64,000 bases of DNA from Candidatus Omnitrophota bacterium. Lineage in GTDB: Bacteria > Omnitrophota > Gorgyraeia > Zapsychrales > JANLHA01. The DNA lies in contig JACKFJ010000001.1 in assembly GCA_020632535.1 (NCBI GenBank), positions 90,890-154,889 on the forward strand. Direction: 5' to 3'. This document shows positions 18,203 through 26,004 of the stretch, piece after piece (positions within the stretch are counted from its first letter, which is position 1; every line of letters starts with the position of its first letter). The notes beneath the pieces were generated by a model. It saw only the letters and a program-made list of their open reading frames with translations. It was not told the DNA's origin and made no database searches. The position numbers and the translations under genes were made by a program.

Positions 18203-20703
18203 GTCGAAGAACTGTTGACTTTGGTATTGATTTGGGCACGAGCAATTCAGCGATTGCTTTGATGGATCGCGGCGAAGTCTGTGTTTTAAAGAATTTTAAG
18301 CAATCTGAAATTACGCCTTCGGTTGTTCGTATTGATGAACACGGCGGTATTATTGTCGGACAAGGCGCCTATAGTCGGCTTTTTATTGATGGCGAGAATA
18401 CTTTTTCTGCTTTCAAACTTTTGATGGGGACGCGACAAATCAAAACTTTCACGCGTTCCGGTCGTATTCTCAAACCTGAAGATTTATCCGCGGAAATTCT
18501 TAAAGATCTCAAGGCGACAGTTAAGCTTCGTATGCCGGATGAACCTGATCTTACATCAGCGGTCATCACGGTACCGTGCTATTTTGAAATGACCCAATCG
18601 CAGGCGACCACAGCGGCCGCGAAATTGGCCGGCATTGAATTTGCGCCACTTTTGCAGGAGCCGATCGCGGCGTCAATTGCGTACGGCTTTATGGAAAAAA
18701 TGCCGAAGGGATATTGGATTGTTTATGATTTGGGTGGTGGAACATTTGACGTGGCTCTGTTATCGAGTCGCGATGGGCATTTGGTTGTCATTGATCACGG
18801 CGGTGATAATTATTTGGGCGGCACCGATTTTGACTGGTGTATTGTCGAGGAAATTATTTATCCTGTTTTACGGCAGGAATATGATTTGCCGGAATTATCG
18901 CGCTTAGGTCAATATGGTTTACTCAATGCTCTTTTAAAATATGCGGCGGAAGAAGCTAAAATCAATCTTTCGCATAGTGAAAAAACAGAGATCAACATTG
19001 ATTTTATTGAAAGTGTGAAAGATAAACAGGGCAAGGTGATTAAGGTGCGCATTCCTTTTAATCGCGAACAGCTCAATTGTATCATTGAAGAACATGTGGA
19101 AAAAAGTTTTCGTATTTTTCGCAATGTCCTCGAGAATCAAAATTTATCATCGTCGGATATCGGACATCTGATTCTTGTCGGTGGCCCTACTCAAATCCCT
19201 TACATTCGTGAGCGTTTGAAGGATGAATTTAATATCCCGGTTAATTATGCTGTTGACCCGATGACGGTTGTGGCCAAAGGAGCGGCGATTTACGCGGCTT
19301 CGCAATTGTTGCCTGTTAGTAAAACGCATAAAGATAATCCGAGTGTGTCTGTTGAATTGCGATATGAACCGATGACAACCGCGTTGGAAGTCAGTCTCGG
19401 CGGAAAAATTATACCATCCGCAAGGAATGTCTTACCGTTGGGAATGAAAGCGCAGATTCGCAGCGCGGCCGGTGATTGGCAGAGCGGTATGCTGGAAACC
19501 AAGAATAATACATTTTTTGTCACTCTTTTGTTGCGTGAAAATCGTATTAATAATTTTATTGTCACACTGTTTGATGACAGCGGTAATCAGATTCCGGTTG
19601 ATGTGGATTCGTTTTCGATTCATCAAGGTATGTCTGTCGGTGCGCCGCCTTTGGCGCGGTCTATTGGTGTGGAGTTACACGATGGATCATTTGATCGTCT
19701 TTTGCTAAAAGGTGTTTCACTGCCGGTTAAGGCGTCGTATACATATCACGCTGTCAAAGATATTCATCCCGGACAAGAAGAAGAGGCGATTGAAATTCCT
19801 GTTCGTGAAGGGGAGAGTGATCGCTTTGATCAGAACAGGCATTTGGGGACTTTGGTTATCCGTGGGACGGATGTTGGACGTAAAATTCCTGTTAACGCGG
19901 ATATTGAAGTCACGATTTATGTCGACCAATCGCGAGGTGTTTCGGCGGAAGCTTTTATTCCGATTGTTGATCAAAAGTTTTCGATGAAAATTCCCAATAT
20001 GACGTCACCTTTACCGAACATTACTGATTTTGCCAGTGTTCTTGAACGTGAAGATAAACGGTGGAAGGAAATTCAACATAAGGCCGCGTCTTTAAAAGTT
20101 TCTTTGTATGATGCCATAGGGTTGGTTGATCGACTTTTTAAGGAAATCCGACGGGAAATTGAAGCGGCACATGGTGGAGACCCAATCGCGGTCGAAAAAG
20201 CGGATCGTCGGGTTAAAGATTTGAAGGAACATCTTTATGCGGCTGAAAAATTATTAAAGTGGCCGATATTGTTAAATGAGTATAAGCAGATTTTGGCTGA
20301 TGTGCAGGAAACGGTTGACAGTTGGGGGCGTGGTCAAGATTATGCCAAGCGTTTGGGATTGTTAAAGAAGGATGCTGATAAAGCTGTGACGTTGAATGAT
20401 AGTAAGAGGCTTGAAAAGGCTCTTGAGGATATGCATGATTTGAAGTGGGAAATTCTTTTTCGTCAAAAGGATTTTTGGATTGGTGCTTTTCAGGAATTGC
20501 GGCAAAAGGATGCGGCGAGTTTTGTGGATCAGAAGCGAGCGTTGGAATTGTTAGAGGAGGGTGGACGGGCGCTTTTGCGTCACGACAATGAATCGGTACA
20601 GAGTATTACAATTGAGTTGTGGAAATTGATTTCGAAAGATGATCAAAATAGTATTGAGCACGTTGTCAATAGTCGGTCAGGAATTAAGAAGAAGGGATCT
20701 TAA
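18199..20703 (+). CDS. Atypical Hsp70-family ATPase with a long helical C-terminal extension
   Basis: Actin-fold/Hsp70 NBD motifs DFGIDLGTSNS, VITVPCYF, YDLGGGTFDVALL and LVGGPTQIPYIRERL. These are followed by an SBD-like beta region and about 230 aa of extra helical sequence. At 834 aa it is larger than DnaK (~640 aa). Confidence 0.85.
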   Translation: MSRRTVDFGIDLGTSNSAIALMDRGEVCVLKNFKQSEITPSVVRIDEHGGIIVGQGAYSRLFIDGENTFSAFKLLMGTRQIKTFTRSGRILKPEDLSAEILKDLKATVKLRMPDEPDLTSAVITVPCYFEMTQSQATTAAAKLAGIEFAPLLQEPIAASIAYGFMEKMPKGYWIVYDLGGGTFDVALLSSRDGHLVVIDHGGDNYLGGTDFDWCIVEEIIYPVLRQEYDLPELSRLGQYGLLNALLKYAAEEAKINLSHSEKTEINIDFIESVKDKQGKVIKVRIPFNREQLNCIIEEHVEKSFRIFRNVLENQNLSSSDIGHLILVGGPTQIPYIRERLKDEFNIPVNYAVDPMTVVAKGAAIYAASQLLPVSKTHKDNPSVSVELRYEPMTTALEVSLGGKIIPSARNVLPLGMKAQIRSAAGDWQSGMLETKNNTFFVTLLLRENRINNFIVTLFDDSGNQIPVDVDSFSIHQGMSVGAPPLARSIGVELHDGSFDRLLLKGVSLPVKASYTYHAVKDIHPGQEEEAIEIPVREGESDRFDQNRHLGTLVIRGTDVGRKIPVNADIEVTIYVDQSRGVSAEAFIPIVDQKFSMKIPNMTSPLPNITDFASVLEREDKRWKEIQHKAASLKVSLYDAIGLVDRLFKEIRREIEAAHGGDPIAVEKADRRVKDLKEHLYAAEKLLKWPILLNEYKQILADVQETVDSWGRGQDYAKRLGLLKKDADKAVTLNDSKRLEKALEDMHDLKWEILFRQKDFWIGAFQELRQKDAASFVDQKRALELLEEGGRALLRHDNESVQSITIELWKLISKDDQNSIEHVVNSRSGIKKKGS

Positions 20704-20708
20704 TCATA

Positions 20709-20788
20709 CTGTCATTCCCGCAATCTCTTAGCGGGAATCCAAGATTTTGGAGAATGGATCCCCGATAGGAGCTTTCGGGGATGACAAT
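20709..20788. repeat. Palindromic repeat family B, copy 1
   Basis: Termini TGTCAT...ATGACA enclose two hairpins, ATTCCCGC-n9-GCGGGAAT and ATCCCCG-n13-CGGGGAT. It matches the copies at 43019-43131 (same orientation) and 43918-43986 (inverted). Confidence 0.85.
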
Positions 20789-20856
20789 AATTCGTGAAGA
20801 TAGGATCGCCAAAATCGCCCGAGACATAATATCATTCTGCCTAAGTGAAATATTTT

Positions 20857-21921
20857 ATGAAAAGAAATTTTAATTTATTGCCAAATTTTACTGTAATCCG
20901 GGACACGTATACGATCGACAGTGTCTTGGGGGAAGGCGCGTTCGGTGTTGTTTATAAGGTTCGTCACAAATTTCTTGGCATTCAAGCGCTCAAAATCCTT
21001 CATCCCGAGAAATTGCCACATAATAGCCAGACTGATTTCTTAAATGAAGCATTCATTCTCGCGAAGATCACACATCCGAATGTTGTGCGTGTTTTTGAGG
21101 CCAATCATTTTGATTTCGACGGCAAAAAGGTTTCGTATGTAGCCATGGAATATGTGTCTGGTGGCACGCTTGACGCGTATTTACGCAAACATGGGCGTCT
21201 GAATCTGAGCTTAGCGATACAAATTCAAATGATGATTTGCCGCGGTTTGGCGCAGGCACATCATCATGAACCATCGGTTATTCATCGTGATGTTAAGCCT
21301 CAGAATGTCATGGTCGATACGAGTGGTAAACATTTTGTCGTAAAAGTTTCAGATTTTGGTCAGGCCAAACATGTGGATCCTTTAACAAAACTTACCGAAT
21401 CTGCAGGCACACTCGCATTTATGGCGCCGGAGGGGTTTTGGAATTATAAATCACCAGCAAGTGATGTGTATTCGGCAGGAATTATATTTTATATGATGTT
21501 GACAGGTGGCAGTCCTTATAAAATGCCCGACACGAGCAAATATAAGGATGAAAAGCAGGTTGAAGCGATGATTCGTAAGGCGCGCAGTATCCCGCCTCGA
21601 TTACCGTCGGAGCATAGTACGGATATTGATTCGGAATTGGATCGGATTGTGTTGAAAGCTTTGGAAACAGATCCTGATAAACGTTATCAGGATGCCGAAG
21701 AGTTTTTGCAGGCTTTGGATGATTATTTATCATTGGATCACGAATTTTTTAAGAAGCGTGTGCATGCAATTTTAACATTGGGTCAGCAATATCGCGATTT
21801 GCCTGAAGCTGTGGATGCGATGGAGGCAATTGCCAATGCATTGCCTGATGAGAAGAAGAAAATTTTTATGAAGCGTTATGGGATTTTTTTGGACAGTTGG
21901 AAAAAAGGGATTATTCTGTGA
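20857..21921 (+). CDS. Hanks-type Ser/Thr protein kinase (soluble, no TM segment)
   Basis: G-loop GEGAFGVVYKV, ALKIL (catalytic Lys), HRDVKPQNVMV, DFG, APE. ATG 20857 is preferred; GTG 20845 is also possible and neither has a strong RBS. Confidence 0.85.
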   Translation: MKRNFNLLPNFTVIRDTYTIDSVLGEGAFGVVYKVRHKFLGIQALKILHPEKLPHNSQTDFLNEAFILAKITHPNVVRVFEANHFDFDGKKVSYVAMEYVSGGTLDAYLRKHGRLNLSLAIQIQMMICRGLAQAHHHEPSVIHRDVKPQNVMVDTSGKHFVVKVSDFGQAKHVDPLTKLTESAGTLAFMAPEGFWNYKSPASDVYSAGIIFYMMLTGGSPYKMPDTSKYKDEKQVEAMIRKARSIPPRLPSEHSTDIDSELDRIVLKALETDPDKRYQDAEEFLQALDDYLSLDHEFFKKRVHAILTLGQQYRDLPEAVDAMEAIANALPDEKKKIFMKRYGIFLDSWKKGIIL

Positions 21922-22262
21922 AAAAGATTATTTGTCTGATTATTAAATCTGGCCCTTTGCGTGGTCATAAGTATTTTGTAAATTCGGATTGCCCGGTTAT
22001 GATCGGCCGCGCGCAGGAGGCGAATATCCGCATTTCGGAAGACAAGTTTTGTTCGCGCAGTCACGCTGTGGTTTTTTGGGAAAAAAATGCGTGTTTTGTT
22101 AAAGACCTCGGTAGTACCAACGGGACATTTGTTAATAAAGTGAAAGTTGTCGGTAATGTCAAAGTCACCAATCAGGATATCATCAGTTTTGGCAAAACCA
22201 ATGTGATGGTATTTATTGCTGATCGCCCGCAAAATGGCAAACCGCTAATCGATAGCTGGTAA
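21918..22262 (+). CDS. Stand-alone FHA-domain protein
   Basis: GTG 21918 overlaps the kinase stop (GTGA). VMIGRAQEANIRI...CSRSHAVV...VKDLGSTNGTFVN carries the conserved FHA residues Gly-Arg, Ser-x-x-His and Asn-Gly. Confidence 0.8.
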   Translation: MKKIICLIIKSGPLRGHKYFVNSDCPVMIGRAQEANIRISEDKFCSRSHAVVFWEKNACFVKDLGSTNGTFVNKVKVVGNVKVTNQDIISFGKTNVMVFIADRPQNGKPLIDSW

Positions 22263-22296
22263 TATTCCTCGTCATATTTGTAAACTCAATAATCAG

Positions 22297-22325
22297 TAGA
22301 CAATGCATTTGAGTCGGGTTAAAAT
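22297..22325 (+). promoter_or_regulatory. Candidate sigma70-type promoter upstream of the DoxX/glycan-assembly genes
   Basis: TAGACA-N17-TAAAAT, 46 nt upstream of ATG 22372. Confidence 0.35.
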
Positions 22326-22371
22326 CACATCCGAATAAAATGTAAATGAAAGCCTTACAGAAAGGAACATC

Positions 22372-22806
22372 ATGTTTACGCGTCCCTTGCAACCTGCGGC
22401 ACACTCGTTTTTACCTTCTTTAGCTTTGCTGGTATTGCGTCTTATTGTCGGTGTCGCGTTTTTTCAACATGGATTAGGCAAAATTCAGGACCCGATGGGG
22501 TGGATGGGACCGACTTCATCAGTACCGCCGTTGTTTCAATGTTTGGCCGCAATTTCTGAATTTGGTGGAGGAATTGCTTTGGTTCTTGGATTATTGACGC
22601 CACTATTTTCATTAGGGATTGCTTGTACTATGGCTGTCGCGGTTCATTTGCACGCAATCGTTATGAAAAATCCGTTTGTTGATCTAGGTGGCGGAACCGC
22701 GTATGAGCTTCCTTTAGTATTCTTTGGTGTTGCGCTCGTTTTTTTAACGCTTGGCCCGGGTCGATTTTCTCTTGATGCCCTAATCTTTCGTAGTGGTAAG
22801 AAATAA
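22372..22806 (+). CDS. DoxX-family membrane protein
   Basis: 144 aa with four hydrophobic segments. LRLIVGVAFFQHGLGKI is typical of DoxX. Confidence 0.7.
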   Translation: MFTRPLQPAAHSFLPSLALLVLRLIVGVAFFQHGLGKIQDPMGWMGPTSSVPPLFQCLAAISEFGGGIALVLGLLTPLFSLGIACTMAVAVHLHAIVMKNPFVDLGGGTAYELPLVFFGVALVFLTLGPGRFSLDALIFRSGKK

Positions 22807-22824
22807 TCTGGCTGTTAAAGCATC

Positions 22825-23934
22825 ATGTTGAAAACTAAAATCTTAATTTGCGGGATTTTGCCTCCGCCGAATTTTGGCCACAGTATGCTCTATAAAGCGC
22901 TTATGGAGTCGCGCTTTGTTCGTGAGTTTGACGTTGTGTTTTTTAATATGAAGTTCTGGTCATATGAAAAACATAAGAAAGTCACCGTCGCCAAACTTTT
23001 CAAATTTATCCAATACTATTTCCAATTCATCGGTTTGATCATAACCTGCCGCCCCCAATACATCTTATATGCCATCAGTTTTGACAAAATGCCATTTCTT
23101 AAAGATTTTGTTTTTTGTATGACGGCTAGATTTTTTGGCCGCAAAGTTATTGTGCATGATATGGGTCAATATGTGCGCGAACTGTATGATTCTTCAACGA
23201 GTTTTCATCAGAAACTTATCCGCTGGATGCTCAAAGAAATGACAGCGAGTATTGTTTTGGGAGAAGCCACGAGAAAAGTTTATAATGATCTTATGGACAT
23301 AAACCGCGTGTTTGCCGTGCCTGGCGCGGTGGCGGATTCGGCAGGATTAATCCCGCAAATAAAACACGAAATTGTTGGTGAAAGGGTTAATGTTTTGTTT
23401 TTTTCTTTTTTGCAAAAGTCCAAAGGCATTTGGACGGCATTAAATGCTATGCCAATGGTAGTCGCGCAAAATCCCAATGTGCATTTTACTTTTGCCGGAC
23501 CAGCAGAGTCAGAACAGTTTGTTCTCGAGATGAAAGATTTTATAAAAATAAATAATTTGGAAGCACATTTTGAATATGTCGGTTACGTCGGCGACGAAGA
23601 AAAAAGAACAGAGTATTATCGTAAAAGTGACATGTATATTTTCCCGACGCTGCGTGATGTGTTTGGTTTGGTCCTTTTGCACGCGATGGCCGAAAGCCGG
23701 CCGGTTATTGCTTCAATTGAAGGGTGTATTCCAGAAATTGTTGATGATGGACAGACCGGTTATCTTTTTCCAAAAGGGGATGCCAAGGCTTTGGCGGCAA
23801 AGATTTTGTTATTGGCAAAGGATTCGCAGTCGCGGGCGATCATAGGCGAAAAGGGTCGTGAAAAATATGAGCGGGTTTACACGCTAGACGCGTATGCGGG
23901 ACGGATGATTGATGTTTTTAATACAATATTGTGA
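22825..23934 (+). CDS. Glycosyltransferase family 4 (GT-B, retaining type)
   Basis: C-terminal E-x7-E region: FGLVLLHAMAESRPVIASIEGCIPEIVDDGQTGYLF. Confidence 0.8.
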   Translation: MLKTKILICGILPPPNFGHSMLYKALMESRFVREFDVVFFNMKFWSYEKHKKVTVAKLFKFIQYYFQFIGLIITCRPQYILYAISFDKMPFLKDFVFCMTARFFGRKVIVHDMGQYVRELYDSSTSFHQKLIRWMLKEMTASIVLGEATRKVYNDLMDINRVFAVPGAVADSAGLIPQIKHEIVGERVNVLFFSFLQKSKGIWTALNAMPMVVAQNPNVHFTFAGPAESEQFVLEMKDFIKINNLEAHFEYVGYVGDEEKRTEYYRKSDMYIFPTLRDVFGLVLLHAMAESRPVIASIEGCIPEIVDDGQTGYLFPKGDAKALAAKILLLAKDSQSRAIIGEKGREKYERVYTLDAYAGRMIDVFNTIL

Positions 23935-23980
23935 TATTTTATTTGTCAGATCAGTGTATTTCATGTAACTTTAATATCTT

Positions 23981-24586
23981 ATGAAGCACGAAAATTTCAC
24001 CCGTGGTGAAGGGTTATTAGAGAATTTTTTGGCCTACCGGCGTTTTTGTGTCGCTGATCAGCTGATTGATCCAAAGCACCGACAAGGTCGGATTTTAGAC
24101 ATTGGTTGCGGCGCGCTTCCGTATTTTTTGCTACATACCACATTCCAAGAAAAACATGGATTGGATCCCAATGTTAGGGTTTCAGACACGAAAAAGTTTG
24201 ATGAGAAGATTACGTTTCATAAGATCATGATCGAAAAAGGGACTCGTTTGCCTTTTGCAGATCAATATTTCACGACAATTACAATGCTTGGTGTTGTTGA
24301 ACATTTTCGTGTCGAGCAATATGTTGATTTACTAAAAGAAGTTCACAGAATTCTGAAACCCCAAGGACACTTTATTTTAACTACTCCCAGTCCTTGGACG
24401 AGACCTTTACTAAAAATTATGGCTCAATGTCGTTTGATCAGTGTCCAAGAAATCGAGGGTCTTATGGCAAATTATCCCAGAGAAACACTGCGGCAATGTT
24501 TTAATAAATCCGGATTTGATGACCAAACAATGCGGTTCGGTTATTTTCAAATGTTTCTTAACAGTTGGGCTATCATTAAGAAATGA
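23981..24586 (+). CDS. Class I SAM-dependent methyltransferase
   Basis: Motif I ILDIGCGALPY, then LGVVEHF and LKPQGHFILTTP. Confidence 0.75.
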   Translation: MKHENFTRGEGLLENFLAYRRFCVADQLIDPKHRQGRILDIGCGALPYFLLHTTFQEKHGLDPNVRVSDTKKFDEKITFHKIMIEKGTRLPFADQYFTTITMLGVVEHFRVEQYVDLLKEVHRILKPQGHFILTTPSPWTRPLLKIMAQCRLISVQEIEGLMANYPRETLRQCFNKSGFDDQTMRFGYFQMFLNSWAIIKK

Positions 24587-25983
24587 AAACTCCAGTTTTA
24601 AGTATCGTTACCGATCTTTCCGATACCAGATGGTTGGAATATATTCTTGTCGAATTCAAAAGGATCAACCTTTGTCAGGCGGATATTAAAATTGTCTCCT
24701 TAGCTGACGAGCAAGCGATTGGTCATTCAAACAAAATATTTTACAGCCAACGATTTTGTTCAGGATTTTGTGTACCGCAAAGGCAGATTTTGCCGAATGG
24801 TAAAGTTCATTATATTAAGGGTGATCTCTATGTTCTCGATCAAACGATAGAAGACGATGAGCGTTTTACCTGTTCTTATGATATTTTTTGGAATGCTTTT
24901 GCGTTTCTTTCCCGCTTGGAAGAATATCAACTTGCTCAAAATCATCGTAGTTCAATGAGCCATCGCATTTTGCATCCGCGGCAGGATAGACATTCACTCA
25001 CGATTCCCATCGTTAACTTGCTTTTTAATCGATTGGAAGATTTGGTTACGAGAAATTTCCCCGAGATCACGTTTGGTGTCAGTGCTAAACCGCGGGTTGA
25101 GTTTTCGCACGATATTGATTATCTTTCTAAATCCATCCAATTTATGGCTAAGCAAAGTATTTTGAATGCGTATGATTTTTTTCGTTTTTTCCCTCGCTTC
25201 GGCGATATGGGAAAAAGCTTTTTGAAGTCAGTCTCATTTCTTTTTTCCCGACCTTCTTATTGGACCTTTGAATATTGGGAAGAAATCGAAAAACGCTACA
25301 ATACTCGTTCAATTTTTTATATTCACGCCAAAGCGATCAAAAAGAATTTTTTAACTTGGATTATCGACCCTAATTATGACCTTTTAAATCATCCGCGTCT
25401 GCAAAAGAAGCTTAAGGATTTACTTCGGGATGGTTTTGAGATTGGTTTGCATGGGAGTTATTATAGTGCCGTCGATGGCGAGATCATGGCGAAAGAAAAA
25501 GCGATTTTAGAAAAGGTCATTGAAAGACCCGTCACAAAGATTCGTCAGCACTGGCTTCGCTATAATGAGCTCGTAACGCCGTATATTCACAATAAACTTT
25601 TTGAGTATGATTCAACGCTGGGTTGGAATGACCGCATTGGTTTTAGAAGCGGATGTGCCAGCCAATATCATCCGTATGATCATAAAAATAAAAAAGGTTT
25701 TGAAATTATCGAGACTCCGCAGATCATTATGGATTTTAATATTTATCAATCTCTTGTTTTAGAGAATAAATATTTTATGGGGATAGCGCTGGATATTATT
25801 AGCAAACTTGATGAATGTAAATCCGCGTGTGTGGCGGTTTCGTGGCATGAGCGCGCCTGCACCAGTGACTATGAGTGGCACGCCACGTATGAAATGATTC
25901 TTGAGCGCGTTTCGCAATTGTGGGGGACACCACACGAAGAAAGCCATGATCATTTAAGGGTGAAAAATGAAAACTTGGTTTAA
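24583..25983 (+). CDS. Hypothetical protein, possibly a polysaccharide-deacetylase-like fold
   Basis: ATGA overlap and 466 aa. EFSHDIDYL and FEIGLHGSYYS loosely resemble CE4 metal-binding motifs. I recognise no confident family. Confidence 0.35.
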   Translation: MKTPVLSIVTDLSDTRWLEYILVEFKRINLCQADIKIVSLADEQAIGHSNKIFYSQRFCSGFCVPQRQILPNGKVHYIKGDLYVLDQTIEDDERFTCSYDIFWNAFAFLSRLEEYQLAQNHRSSMSHRILHPRQDRHSLTIPIVNLLFNRLEDLVTRNFPEITFGVSAKPRVEFSHDIDYLSKSIQFMAKQSILNAYDFFRFFPRFGDMGKSFLKSVSFLFSRPSYWTFEYWEEIEKRYNTRSIFYIHAKAIKKNFLTWIIDPNYDLLNHPRLQKKLKDLLRDGFEIGLHGSYYSAVDGEIMAKEKAILEKVIERPVTKIRQHWLRYNELVTPYIHNKLFEYDSTLGWNDRIGFRSGCASQYHPYDHKNKKGFEIIETPQIIMDFNIYQSLVLENKYFMGIALDIISKLDECKSACVAVSWHERACTSDYEWHATYEMILERVSQLWGTPHEESHDHLRVKNENLV

Positions 25984-26004
25984 GAATAACGGAATAACGT
26001 TTTA

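Noticed and set aside
20857-22262. Kinase plus FHA as a type VI secretion PpkA/Fha-type regulatory pair.
   Set aside because: The window has no T6SS structural genes (TssB/C, Hcp, VgrG, TssM and so on). The kinase lacks the TM/periplasmic domain of PpkA.
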